Positions 16,024 to 24,954 of a stretch of 64,000 bases of DNA are shown here, one piece after another; position 1 is the first letter of the stretch; each line of letters starts with the position of its first letter. Where the stretch lies: positions 8,764 through 72,763 of the forward strand of contig JAUYSH010000026.1 of NCBI GenBank assembly GCA_030696455.1. Direction: 5' to 3'. Source of the DNA: Elusimicrobiota bacterium. GTDB lineage: Bacteria > Elusimicrobiota > Elusimicrobia > UBA1565 > UBA9628. Under the pieces are notes generated by a model that saw nothing but the letters and a program-made list of their open reading frames with translations, ran no database searches and was not told the origin of the DNA. The position numbers and the translations under genes were made by a program.

Positions 16024-17190
16024 ATGTCGAAAGAAGTCAGCCTGAAGACCTGCAGCAGCTGCGTGATGCCCGAGACCCACGAGTCGATCGTCTTCGACGC
16101 GTGCGGGGTGTGCAACGTCTGCCGTCAGGTCGAACACAAGCAGACCCTCGTGGATTGGACGGCCAAGGGGGCCGAGTTCCGCGAGCTCGTCGAGCAATAC
16201 CGCGGCAAATACGACTACGACTGCATCGTCCCCTTCAGCGGCGGCAAGGACAGCGTCTACACGCTGTACGAGCTCATCACGAAGCACAAGCTCAAGCCCC
16301 TGGTCGTGAGCTTCGACCACGGCTTCCTCCGCCCGAACATGCTGGCCAACATCGACCGCGTGCTCAAGAAGCTCGGCGCGGACTACATCAAATTCCGCCC
16401 GAACTGGCACGTCGTGCGCAAACTGATGCTCGAGACGCTCACCCGCAAGGGCGATTTCTGCTGGCATTGCCACACCGGTATTTTCGCCTACCCGATGCAG
16501 CTCGCGGTCAAGTTCAAGGTCCCCTTCGTGATCTGGGGCGAGCCGAGCGCCGAATACACCAGCTACTACACCTACGAGGACTCCGAGGAGGTCGACGAGC
16601 GCCGCTTCAACCGGTTCGTGAACCTCGGCATCACGGCGGAGGACATGGCGGGCTTTCTCGACGGCACGGTCACGATGCGCGATCTCGAGCCTTTCGCCTA
16701 CCCCCCGCTCAAGGACATGATGAAGCTCGGCGTCCGCTCCGTCTGCCTCGGCAGCTACCAGCCCTGGGACGTCAAGAAGCAGGTCGAGATCATCAAGTCG
16801 GAGCTCGGCTGGAACGGCGACCAGGTCGAAGGCATCCCCGGCGAATACAGCTACGAGAAGATCGAATGCATGATGCAGGGCGTGCGGGACTACCTGAAGT
16901 TCCTCAAACGGGGCTACGGACGCACGACCCACCTCGCGAGCATCGACATCCGCAACAAGCGGATGACCCGCGAGGAGGCCGCGAGGCTCGTCAAGGAGTT
17001 CGACGGCAAGCGGCCCGCGAGCCTCGACGTGTTCCTCGATTACATCGGCATCGACGAGCCCGAGTTCCTGCGCCTGGCGATGAAGAACGTCGTGGCCCCG
17101 CATCAGCCCGACGTCGCGGCGATCCCGCGCGGTCCCGAGCTGCCCGATCAGCGCCTCTGGGACCGGACCCAGCCGCTCAAGAAGGACTGA
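16024..17190 (+). CDS. wbuX: N-acetyl sugar amidotransferase (WbuX/PseA family), copy 2
   Basis: CSSCVMPETH...CGVCNVC zinc-ribbon and PP-loop IVPFSGGKDSVY. GGAG 6 nt upstream of the ATG. Clearly diverged from copy 1. Confidence 0.85.
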   Translation: MSKEVSLKTCSSCVMPETHESIVFDACGVCNVCRQVEHKQTLVDWTAKGAEFRELVEQYRGKYDYDCIVPFSGGKDSVYTLYELITKHKLKPLVVSFDHGFLRPNMLANIDRVLKKLGADYIKFRPNWHVVRKLMLETLTRKGDFCWHCHTGIFAYPMQLAVKFKVPFVIWGEPSAEYTSYYTYEDSEEVDERRFNRFVNLGITAEDMAGFLDGTVTMRDLEPFAYPPLKDMMKLGVRSVCLGSYQPWDVKKQVEIIKSELGWNGDQVEGIPGEYSYEKIECMMQGVRDYLKFLKRGYGRTTHLASIDIRNKRMTREEAARLVKEFDGKRPASLDVFLDYIGIDEPEFLRLAMKNVVAPHQPDVAAIPRGPELPDQRLWDRTQPLKKD

Positions 17191-17840
17191 TGATCGCGGT
17201 CGTCGACTACGGCTCCGGCAACCTGCATTCCGTGACGAAGGCCTTCGAGGCCATCGGCGGCGAGGTCCGCATCGCGTCGACCGCCGCGGACCTCGAGGAA
17301 GCCGAGCGGATCGTCCTGCCCGGGGTGGGTTCGTTCGCGGAGGGCATGAGGAATCTGCGCCAGTCCGGCCTCGTCGAAGCCCTCGCCGAGCAGGTCCTCG
17401 TCCGGCGCAAGCCCTTCCTCGGCGTCTGCCTCGGGATGCAGATGCTCGCCGACGAGGGCAGCGAGGACGGGGCGCACGCCGGGCTGGGCTGGATACGGGG
17501 GCGCGTCGTGGCCATGACCCCCCCGGACCGCGGGCTGAAGATCCCTCACATGGGCTGGAACGACGTGGCGCCGTCGGCCGGCGCGCGAGAATTCTTCGCG
17601 GGCCTGCCGGCCAAAACGGCCTTCTATTTCGCCCATTCCTACCATCTGATCGACGCCGCCCCCGGGAGCGTCGCCGCCACGACCGATTACGGCGGCGCCG
17701 TCGTCGCCGCGGTGCGCCAGGACAACATCTTCGCGACCCAGTTCCATCCGGAGAAGAGCCAGCACATCGGCCTTCTGATGCTCCGCAATTTCGCCCATTG
17801 GAAGCCCGCGCCCCGGCCGGCGGGAGGCGTCTCTGCTTAA
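17190..17840 (+). CDS. wbuY: HisH-like glutamine amidotransferase subunit, copy 2
   Basis: MIAVVDYGSGNLHSVTKAF, VLPGVGSFAEG, LGVCLGMQML, HMGWN, FHPEKS. TGATG junction with the upstream gene. Confidence 0.88.
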   Translation: MIAVVDYGSGNLHSVTKAFEAIGGEVRIASTAADLEEAERIVLPGVGSFAEGMRNLRQSGLVEALAEQVLVRRKPFLGVCLGMQMLADEGSEDGAHAGLGWIRGRVVAMTPPDRGLKIPHMGWNDVAPSAGAREFFAGLPAKTAFYFAHSYHLIDAAPGSVAATTDYGGAVVAAVRQDNIFATQFHPEKSQHIGLLMLRNFAHWKPAPRPAGGVSA

Positions 17841-17859
17841 GCGCCGCCTCATACCGACG

Positions 17860-18591
17860 TTGCTGCTTCGCGGCGGCCGCATGGTCAAGGGCGTCCGCTT
17901 CGGCGACTTCCGCGACGTCGGCGCGCCCGTCACCACCGCCAAGATCTACGACGCGCAGGGCGCCGACGAGCTGATCTTCCTCGACATCGAGGCGAGCACC
18001 GAGGGGCGCGGCACGATCATCGACGTGGTCTCCAAGGTCGCCGACGAATGCTTCATGCCGCTGACGGCCGGCGGAGGGGTCCGCTCCCTCGCCGATTTCC
18101 GCCGCCTTCTGCTCGCGGGCGCCGACAAGGTCTCGATCAACACCGCCGCGGTCGAGACCCCGGGACTGATCACGCAAGCCGCCAAGCAGTTCGGGGCGCA
18201 ATGCGTCGTCGTGTCGATCGACGCGAGGGCCGGCGCCGGAGGCCGCCCGGAGGTCCACACTCACGCGGGACGCCGCCCGGCGGGGCTCGACCCCGTCGAA
18301 TGGGCGCGCAAGGCGGCGGCCCTCGGGGCGGGCGAGATCCTGATCACCTCGGTCGACCGCGAGGGGACCCGCGAAGGCTACGACCTGGAGCTGACCCGCC
18401 GCGTCGCCGAGGCCGTCGACGTCCCGGTCATCGCCAACGGCGGGGTCGGGAGCCTCCAGCACTTCGTGGACGGCTTCATCGACGGAAAGGCGTCCGCCGT
18501 CGCCGCGGCGAGCATTTTCCACTTCACGGACCAGAGCGTCATCAAATCCAAGACCTTCATGAAGCAGGCCGGGATCGACGTGCGTTGGTGA
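17860..18591 (+). CDS. wbuZ: HisF-like cyclase subunit, copy 2
   Basis: VKGVRF, GADELIFLDI, PLTAGGGVRS, GADKVSINTAA, ITSVDREGTREGYD, PVIANGGVG. The track start is TTG 17860. The conserved LKRRLIPTLLL N-terminus suggests a CTG start near 17833. Confidence 0.85.
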   Translation: MLLRGGRMVKGVRFGDFRDVGAPVTTAKIYDAQGADELIFLDIEASTEGRGTIIDVVSKVADECFMPLTAGGGVRSLADFRRLLLAGADKVSINTAAVETPGLITQAAKQFGAQCVVVSIDARAGAGGRPEVHTHAGRRPAGLDPVEWARKAAALGAGEILITSVDREGTREGYDLELTRRVAEAVDVPVIANGGVGSLQHFVDGFIDGKASAVAAASIFHFTDQSVIKSKTFMKQAGIDVRW

Positions 18592-18598
18592 GGACCAC

Positions 18599-19621
18599 TT
18601 GAAATTCAAGAACATCGACAACATCATGCTGTTCGGCGGCGCCCGCCTGCTGGCCGACTTCGCCGCCCATCTGAAGAAGGCCCGCATGAAGACGGTCGTC
18701 TTCAGCAGCCCGCGCCACCTCGAGGAATCCGTGGCCGACGACGGGACCACCCTCTCCGGCCATCTCCAGAAGCTCGGCGTGCCGTGCTATTCTTCGGACG
18801 ACATCAACGCCGACCCGCGCGTCGCCCGCCACCTCACCCCGGGCACCCTCGGCATCGCGATGGGCGCGGCCTGGCTCTTCGAGAAGCCCTTCGCCCGGCG
18901 CTTCGACGGCCGCCTGCTCGACTTCATGGGCATACGCCTTCCCGAATACCGCGGCGGCGCCCACTACACCTGGCAGATCCTCGCGGACAACCGCCGCGGC
19001 GCCTGCAACCTCCAGGTGATCGAAGGCGGAAAGGACACCTTCCACCTCGGGCCGATCGTCAAGACGCGGGACTACGCGTTCCCTCGCGCCTGCCGCATCC
19101 CCCTCGACTACTTCGCGAGCGCGGTCCCCCAGGAAAGAGCGTTCCTCGATCAGTTCCTGAAAGAGGTCCGGGCCGGACGAAACTTCAAGCTCCGCCGGCT
19201 CGACGAATCCGTCTCGTCCCACTTCCCGTTCCTGCACACGAAGACCCAGGGCTTCATCGACTGGTCCTGGACCGCGGAGGAGATCGAGCGCTTCATCCGC
19301 GCTTTCGACGAACCCTACGCCGGCGCCTCGACCTTCCTGGGCCGCCGCCGCCTGCACCTGAAGTCCGCGTCGCTGGCGCGGACGCGCGAGCGCTTCCATC
19401 CTTTCCACGCCGGCTTGATCTATCGCCTCCACGGCGGCGGGGTGTTCCTCGCGGCCCGGGGAGGCGCGCTCCGCGTCGAACGGGCGCTCGACGAGCAAGG
19501 CCGCGACGCGCTCGCCGGGCTGCGCCTCGGCGACCGGCTCGCCACCCCCGCGTCCGCTCTCGAAGACGCGATGGAATACAGCGCCGAATACGGGGCGCGC
19601 GGAGTCCAACGCCGAAAATGA
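18599..19621 (+). CDS. Formyltransferase-fold protein (Fmt-like, N- and C-terminal domains) with a non-canonical catalytic block
   Basis: 340 aa, TTG start after GGTGAGGA. Fmt-like core LDFMGIRLPEYRGGAHYTWQIL aligns by eye to the N-x-H-x-S-L-L-P-x-x-R-G block, with Asn->Asp and His->Met. Confidence 0.65.
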   Translation: MKFKNIDNIMLFGGARLLADFAAHLKKARMKTVVFSSPRHLEESVADDGTTLSGHLQKLGVPCYSSDDINADPRVARHLTPGTLGIAMGAAWLFEKPFARRFDGRLLDFMGIRLPEYRGGAHYTWQILADNRRGACNLQVIEGGKDTFHLGPIVKTRDYAFPRACRIPLDYFASAVPQERAFLDQFLKEVRAGRNFKLRRLDESVSSHFPFLHTKTQGFIDWSWTAEEIERFIRAFDEPYAGASTFLGRRRLHLKSASLARTRERFHPFHAGLIYRLHGGGVFLAARGGALRVERALDEQGRDALAGLRLGDRLATPASALEDAMEYSAEYGARGVQRRK

Positions 19622-20154
19622 GCGACAAGCACCGCATCGATGGCTCCCGCCTCCACCTCCGCTCCGTGCGTCCCTCGGACGCGACCGAGCGCTACGTCTC
19701 CTGGCTCAACGACCCGGAGATCAACCGCTTCCTCGAGGTCCGGTTCTCGCCGCAGACGCTCGAAGGCGTGCGCGCCTACGTCACGGAGATGGCGGGAAGC
19801 GACGACTACGCCTTCATGGCGATCGTGCTGAACGACGGAGGCCGGCACATCGGGAACATCAAGATCGGTCCGGTCAACCGCGCCCACCGCTTCGCCGACA
19901 TCGGCATCGTCATCGGCGAAAAGGACTGCTGGGGCAAAGGCTACGCGACCGAGGCCATCGCGCTCGCCACGCGCTACGCCTTCGAGACGCTCGATCTGCA
20001 CCGGCTCGAGGCGGGCGCCTACGCCCCGAACATGGGCTCCGCCAAGGCGTTCTTGAAAGCCGGCTGGAAGGAAGAAGGCCTCGAGGCCGCCAAGTGGCTC
20101 GTGGACGGGGTCTTCGTGGACGGGATCCGCGTCGCGTGCGTGCGAGGGAGATAA
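19618..20154 (+). CDS. GNAT family N-acetyltransferase (RimJ/RimL-like)
   Basis: LRSVRPSDATERYVSWLNDPEINRFLE, IGIVIGEKDCWGKGYATEAIAL, NMGSAKAFLKAGW. ATGA overlap at 19618. Confidence 0.8.
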   Translation: MSDKHRIDGSRLHLRSVRPSDATERYVSWLNDPEINRFLEVRFSPQTLEGVRAYVTEMAGSDDYAFMAIVLNDGGRHIGNIKIGPVNRAHRFADIGIVIGEKDCWGKGYATEAIALATRYAFETLDLHRLEAGAYAPNMGSAKAFLKAGWKEEGLEAAKWLVDGVFVDGIRVACVRGR

Positions 20155-20158
20155 ACGG

Positions 20159-21454
20159 ATGAAAATGTACGAACTGCTCAAAAAGATCTATCCGCACCGG
20201 ATGTCCCCGAACTCGCCCGGGCTCGACGCGGTCGTCGACATCCTCAAGGAGGAGCTCCCTTTCGAGGTCCGCGAGTACCAGGGCGGCCGCGAGCACAACG
20301 GCTGGTTCGTCCCGCTGAGCTGGCATCCGGTCAAAGCCGAGATCCGCAAGGGCGGCAAGCTGATCTACGACGGCATGAGCCATCCCCTCGGCGTCATCGG
20401 CTACTCCCGCTCCTTCAAAGGCAAGGTGTCCCTCGAGGAGCTCAAGAAGCACCTGTTCCACCACCCGAAATTCCACGACGCGCTCGTCTATCACTGCGAC
20501 CTGTTCTATAAATCAGGCCAGAAGAACTGGGGCTTCTGCATGCCGTATAACCTCGTCAAGACGCTCAAGCCCGGCGCCTACGAGGTCGAGCTGACGACCG
20601 TGCACGCGCCGGGAACGATGAAGGTCGCGGACTACCTTCTCCCCGGCGATTCCACCGACACCATCGTCCTGAATTCGCACACCTGCCACGCCGGGCAGGC
20701 CAACGACGACGTCGCCGGCCTGGTCGTGGCCGTCGAGGTCATGAAGCGCCTGGCCAAGCGGAAGCACCGCCGCTTCAGCTACCGGCTCATCGCCGCCCCG
20801 GAGCATTTCGGGACCGTCTTCTACCTCGCCGACCTTCCCGACAAAGTCCGAAAGACCTTCCGCGCCGCGATGTTCCTGGAGATGCTCGGCAACGACAACC
20901 GCCTCGCGCTGCAGGAATCGTTCACGGGCGAAGCCGAGATCGACCGCGCCGCGCATCATCATCTGCGCCACAACTTCCCGGACTATTTCTCGGATAAGTT
21001 CCGCACCATCGTCGGCAACGACGAGACGGTCTGGGAGGCTCCCGGCTACGAGATCCCGACGATCTCGCTCTCCCGCTTCCCTTACCCGGAATACCACTCC
21101 AGCCGCGACACCCACGAGATCATCCGCGACGACAAGCTCGAGGACTCCGCGAACGCCGTGCTCGGCATCATCGACGTCTTCGAGACGAACCGCGTCATGA
21201 AGCGGAAGTTCACGGGCCTCATCGCGCTGAGCAACCCCAAATACGACCTGTACATCAGCCAGGCCGACCCCTCGATCCGGCCGACGATCCCGGCCGACCA
21301 GCTGCGCTGGAACCGGCTCATGGACTACATCCCGCGCTACTTCGACGGCAAGCACACCGTGCTCGACGTCGCCGTCAAGCACGAGCTCCCCTACCATCTC
21401 GTGCTCGACTACGTGCGGCGCTTCGAGAAGAAGGGGCTCATCGAGTTCGCCTGA
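20159..21454 (+). CDS. Aminopeptidase-like (M28-fold) DUF4910/COG4310-type protein with C-terminal winged-helix
   Basis: 431 aa. NSHTCHAGQANDDVAGLVVAVEVMKRL (metallopeptidase-like His/Asp block), PEHFGTVFYL, NDETVWEAPGYEIP, PYPEYHSSRDT. GGGAGA 8 nt upstream of the ATG. Assignment from memory of the family pattern. Confidence 0.6.
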   Translation: MKMYELLKKIYPHRMSPNSPGLDAVVDILKEELPFEVREYQGGREHNGWFVPLSWHPVKAEIRKGGKLIYDGMSHPLGVIGYSRSFKGKVSLEELKKHLFHHPKFHDALVYHCDLFYKSGQKNWGFCMPYNLVKTLKPGAYEVELTTVHAPGTMKVADYLLPGDSTDTIVLNSHTCHAGQANDDVAGLVVAVEVMKRLAKRKHRRFSYRLIAAPEHFGTVFYLADLPDKVRKTFRAAMFLEMLGNDNRLALQESFTGEAEIDRAAHHHLRHNFPDYFSDKFRTIVGNDETVWEAPGYEIPTISLSRFPYPEYHSSRDTHEIIRDDKLEDSANAVLGIIDVFETNRVMKRKFTGLIALSNPKYDLYISQADPSIRPTIPADQLRWNRLMDYIPRYFDGKHTVLDVAVKHELPYHLVLDYVRRFEKKGLIEFA

Positions 21455-21459
21455 GCGCG

Positions 21460-23238
21460 ATGTTCCTCGTCACGACGGCGGTCCCCGAGTTCTGGAGCCG
21501 GAAGGAGCCGTTCGTGCTGCTCGGCCCGTGGTGCCTCAACGGGGAGCCCTTCTCGAAGATCTCCGGCCACCCGTGGAAGACGATGCCGAACCTCTGGGAC
21601 GACCGCCGTCTTCTCCGGGAGTCGGCGAAGGCCTGCGCCGGGAAATACGAGATCCTTCTGCCCCGGCTCGCCCGGAAGCTCAACGACCTTCACGGCGTCG
21701 AGCACGGCGACCGCCATTGGGACGTCCTCATCGGCCCCTGGCTGACCTATTCGATCCATCACTACTACGACCGCTGGATGCAGATCCGGGCCGCGCTGCG
21801 CGAACATCCGCATCTGACGAGCCTCACGCTCGAGCCCGCCGATTACATCACGCCGACGGACAGCGAGGACTTCCTGCGCCTGTTCACGTCGGACTACTAT
21901 AACCTCCAGCTCTACTCCCAGATCCTGGGGCATCTCGGCGTGAAGACCGGGACCGCCAAGACGCCGTTGACCGGGCTTCTCCGGCAGGCCCGTCCGGCCG
22001 CGCGCTCCCGCTCCCTCCGCGCGCGGGTCGAGGGGGCCTTCCGGTCCCTGTGCGACGCCGCCGTGCGAGCCGGCCTCGTCCCCGCCGCCACCGACCAGCT
22101 TTACCCGTCGGGCTATCTCCTGTGGCGCTTCGCGGCGAACACGGGCTTCCGCGCGCTTCCGATCCATCCGGACCCTCTCCCGGCGCCGCCGGCGGAGCGG
22201 GACGCGGTGAGAGCCGGCCTCGCGGAGATCGCGGCCGACGACGAGTTCGAGCGCCTGTTCGTCTCGTCCCTGCCGTATTCCTTCCCGTCCCTCTTCCTCG
22301 AGGGCTACGCGCGGGCGCGCGCCCGGACGGAGCGCGCCTACCCGCGCGCGCCCAAGCTCGCGTTCTTCGGCTCGAGCGTCTATTACGAGGACCCCATCAA
22401 GTTCGCGGTCGCCGGTTGGGCCGAGAAAGGCACTCGCATCCTCGGGTTCCAGCACGGCGGCCAATACGGCACCGCCGAGTACAGCCTCGCCGAGGAACAC
22501 GAGCGCCGGATCTCGGACCGCTACTTCACCTGGGGCTGGGCCGAGCGCGAGGGCGACCCGAGGCTCGGGGACCTTCCCGTGCCCAAATTCTCGGCCGGCG
22601 CTCGCGCCCGGCCTTTCCCGTGGTCGGAGCGGACACGCGACATCCTCGTCGTCTGCGCCGAGGGCCTGATGAACGCCCACCATCTGTTCCCTTATCCTCT
22701 CGGCGATCAGTGGCGCGCCTACTTCGACTGGCGCTGCCGGTTCATCCAGACCTTCTCGTCCGGGAGCTTCCCCCGCCTCAGGGTCAGGCACTCGCCCCAG
22801 GAATACGGCTGGCGGCAGAAGGAGGGCCTCGCCGGGCGGTTCCCGGCGATCCGCTTCGACGACATGCGCATGCCATTCACCCGCAGCTGCGACGAGGCCC
22901 GTTGGATCGTCACCGACCATCCCGGGACGACCTTCCTCGAATGCCTGGCTCTCAACCGGCCGAGCACGCACTATTGGGACCCCGGCCTCTGGGAGGTCCG
23001 CTCGAGCGCCCTCCCCCTCTTCGAGGAGCTCCGCCGCGTCGGCATCGTGCACCACTCGCCGGAGGACGCGGCTCGGTTCATCGAGAAGACCGACGACGCG
23101 CTGGCCTCCTGGTGGCTGTCCCCGGCCGTTCAAGCGGCGCGGGAACGCTTCATCGCGTCCTACGCGCGCACCTCCCCCGATTGGGCCTCGGACTGGGCGG
23201 CGGCCCTCGACAGAGAGCTGGCGGCGTCAAACAGGTAG
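21460..23238 (+). CDS. LIC12162-family putative transferase (nonulosonic-acid-locus associated)
   Basis: 592 aa. N-terminus MFLVTTAVPEFWSRKEPFVLLGPWCL and body GTRILGFQHGGQYGT / SDRYFTWGW resemble the Leptospira LIC12162 family as I recall it. No TM segments. Confidence 0.6.
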   Translation: MFLVTTAVPEFWSRKEPFVLLGPWCLNGEPFSKISGHPWKTMPNLWDDRRLLRESAKACAGKYEILLPRLARKLNDLHGVEHGDRHWDVLIGPWLTYSIHHYYDRWMQIRAALREHPHLTSLTLEPADYITPTDSEDFLRLFTSDYYNLQLYSQILGHLGVKTGTAKTPLTGLLRQARPAARSRSLRARVEGAFRSLCDAAVRAGLVPAATDQLYPSGYLLWRFAANTGFRALPIHPDPLPAPPAERDAVRAGLAEIAADDEFERLFVSSLPYSFPSLFLEGYARARARTERAYPRAPKLAFFGSSVYYEDPIKFAVAGWAEKGTRILGFQHGGQYGTAEYSLAEEHERRISDRYFTWGWAEREGDPRLGDLPVPKFSAGARARPFPWSERTRDILVVCAEGLMNAHHLFPYPLGDQWRAYFDWRCRFIQTFSSGSFPRLRVRHSPQEYGWRQKEGLAGRFPAIRFDDMRMPFTRSCDEARWIVTDHPGTTFLECLALNRPSTHYWDPGLWEVRSSALPLFEELRRVGIVHHSPEDAARFIEKTDDALASWWLSPAVQAARERFIASYARTSPDWASDWAAALDRELAASNR

Positions 23239-23241
23239 AAT
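23236..23241 (+). promoter_or_regulatory. -10-like TAGAAT box, 6 nt upstream of ATG 23248
   Basis: The hexamer incorporates the TAG stop of the upstream gene. The 6-nt spacer fits a leaderless start. Confidence 0.3.
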
Positions 23242-23247
23242 CCAGCC

Positions 23248-23985
23248 ATGCTCGCGGCCTACGCCGAGAACTATCGGGACCTCTGGAATAACCACTGGTG
23301 GTGGCAGGTGCGCCGCCGGTTCGTGCTGCGCCTCCTGGACGCCCTCGCGGCGCGGCGGCCGCTCAAGAGCATCCTCGACGTGGGCTGCGGCGACGGGCTG
23401 TTCTTCGAGCAGCTCTCGCGCTACGGCGAGATCCGAGGCGTCGAGGCCGACGCCGGGCTCGTCGACCCCTCCGGCCCCTGGGCCTCCCGCGTGACCATCG
23501 CCCCCTTCGGCTCCTCTTATCCCGACGACCGCCGCTACGACCTGGTGCTGATGCTCGACAGCCTCGAGCACATCGAGGACGACCGCGGCGCCGCGCGGCG
23601 CGCCCACGACCTCCTCGAGCCCGGAGGGTTCCTGCTCCTCACTGTCCCGGCCCTGCAGAGCCTTTGGAGCGTCCATGACGCCGCCAACCGCCATTTCCGG
23701 CGCTACGACAAGGCCGCGCTGCGCGCCGTGCTCGAGTCGGCGGGCTTCGAGATCGAGACGCTGTCGTTTTACTTCGGCTGGCCGGTCCTCCCGATGTACG
23801 CGCGCAAGCTCCTCGGCGGGAGGCGCGGCGAGAGCCGCGCGGGCGACTACGCCGTCCTGCCCCCGCCACGCCCCCTCAACGGCCTCCTTTACGCCGCGAG
23901 CGCCCTCGAGCAGGCTCTGACGGGCCTGAAAGGAACCCCGATCGGCTCCTCGCTGTTCGCCGTCGCGCGAAGGCCCAGGATATGA
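23248..23985 (+). CDS. Class I SAM-dependent methyltransferase
   Basis: ILDVGCGDGLFFEQL (motif I), YDLVLMLDSLEHIED, LEPGGFLLLTVP. Confidence 0.8.
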   Translation: MLAAYAENYRDLWNNHWWWQVRRRFVLRLLDALAARRPLKSILDVGCGDGLFFEQLSRYGEIRGVEADAGLVDPSGPWASRVTIAPFGSSYPDDRRYDLVLMLDSLEHIEDDRGAARRAHDLLEPGGFLLLTVPALQSLWSVHDAANRHFRRYDKAALRAVLESAGFEIETLSFYFGWPVLPMYARKLLGGRRGESRAGDYAVLPPPRPLNGLLYAASALEQALTGLKGTPIGSSLFAVARRPRI

Positions 23986-24938
23986 CGACCCCGAAACATG
24001 CCCCCGAACTGACCCTCGTGATCCCGCTCTACAACGAGAGCGAGGTGCTCCCCCAGCTCCTCGCGCGTCTCGACGCCGCCTTGCCCAAGCTCGGCGCGGA
24101 CACCGAGGTCATCCTCGTCGACGACGGCAGCGGAGACGGCACGGCGGAGCTGATCGACCGGGCCTGCCGCGAGCGGCCGTGGTGCCGCGGCGTCATGCTC
24201 TCCCGGAACTTCGGCCATCAGATCGCCGTGACCGCCGGCATGCAGCACGCGCGCGGACGCGCGGTCGCCATCCTCGACGGCGACCTTCAGGACCCGCCCG
24301 AGGTCGTCGCGGAATTCCACGCCAAGCTGAAGGAGGGCTACGACGTCGTCTATGCGGTCCGCCGCCAGCGCAAGGAGGGGATCCTCAAGCGCGCCGCGTA
24401 CGCTCTCTTCTACCGCCTGATGCGCGCGCTGTCGACGATCCCGATACCCCTCGACAGCGGGGACTTCTGCGTGATGAGCCGACGGGTCGTCGACCGCATC
24501 AACGCGATGCCGGAGCGCCACCGCTTCGTCCGCGGCCTGCGCAGCTGGGTCGGCTACCGGCAGACCGGCCACGAATACCCGCGCTCGGCCCGCGCCGCCG
24601 GCGAGAGCAAGTACGGCTTCTCGAAGCTGCTGAAGCTGGCCTTCGATGGGATCTTCACGTTCAGCGAGGCTCCCCTGCAGTGGTCGATGCAATTCGGGTT
24701 CCTCGTCTCGGCCGTCTCGTTCGCGTGGGGCGCCTACATCGTCCTTTGGCGGCTCTTCGTCCCCGGCGCGACCAGCCTGCCCGGCTGGGCGACGCTCACG
24801 GTGGGGATGTTCTTCCTCGGCGGGGTCCAGCTTTTCTCCATCGGCATACTGGGAGAATACGTCGGCCGCATCCACAACGAGGTCAAAGGACGCCCCCTCT
24901 TCATCGTCGAGCGGACGGTCAACTTCGACGACCGCTAG
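23982..24938 (+). CDS. GT2 polyprenyl-phosphate glycosyltransferase (ArnC/GtrB/DPM1-like)
   Basis: LTLVIPLYNESEVL, ILVDDGSGDGT, ILDGDLQDPPE, YAVRRQRKEG, plus two C-terminal TM helices (FLVSAVSFAWGAYIVLW, LTVGMFFLGGVQLFSIGILGEYVGR). Confidence 0.85.
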   Translation: MTTPKHAPELTLVIPLYNESEVLPQLLARLDAALPKLGADTEVILVDDGSGDGTAELIDRACRERPWCRGVMLSRNFGHQIAVTAGMQHARGRAVAILDGDLQDPPEVVAEFHAKLKEGYDVVYAVRRQRKEGILKRAAYALFYRLMRALSTIPIPLDSGDFCVMSRRVVDRINAMPERHRFVRGLRSWVGYRQTGHEYPRSARAAGESKYGFSKLLKLAFDGIFTFSEAPLQWSMQFGFLVSAVSFAWGAYIVLWRLFVPGATSLPGWATLTVGMFFLGGVQLFSIGILGEYVGRIHNEVKGRPLFIVERTVNFDDR

Positions 24939-24940
24939 CT

Positions 24941-24949
24941 TGGTACAAT
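24941..24949 (+). promoter_or_regulatory. Extended -10 box TGGTACAAT, 5 nt upstream of ATG 24955
   Basis: Same 10-mer (TTGGTACAAT) as upstream of pseB. Sits in the 16-nt gap after the GT2 stop. Confidence 0.4.
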
Positions 24950-24954
24950 AGGGC

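Noticed and set aside
4821-18591. The two amidotransferase triads as a recent segmental duplication or repeat
   Set aside because: The protein sequences are strongly diverged, the gene order is mirrored, and I saw no nucleotide-level repeat. They are ancient paralogues or independently acquired.
15505-18750. 1081-aa minus-strand ORF, the longest in the track
   Set aside because: It lies antisense to four well-supported + strand genes (the aminotransferase fusion, wbuX2, hisH-like 2, hisF-like 2). Its translation is Arg/Gly/Pro/Ala-rich low complexity with no recognisable motifs. This is a typical stop-free shadow frame of high-GC coding DNA.
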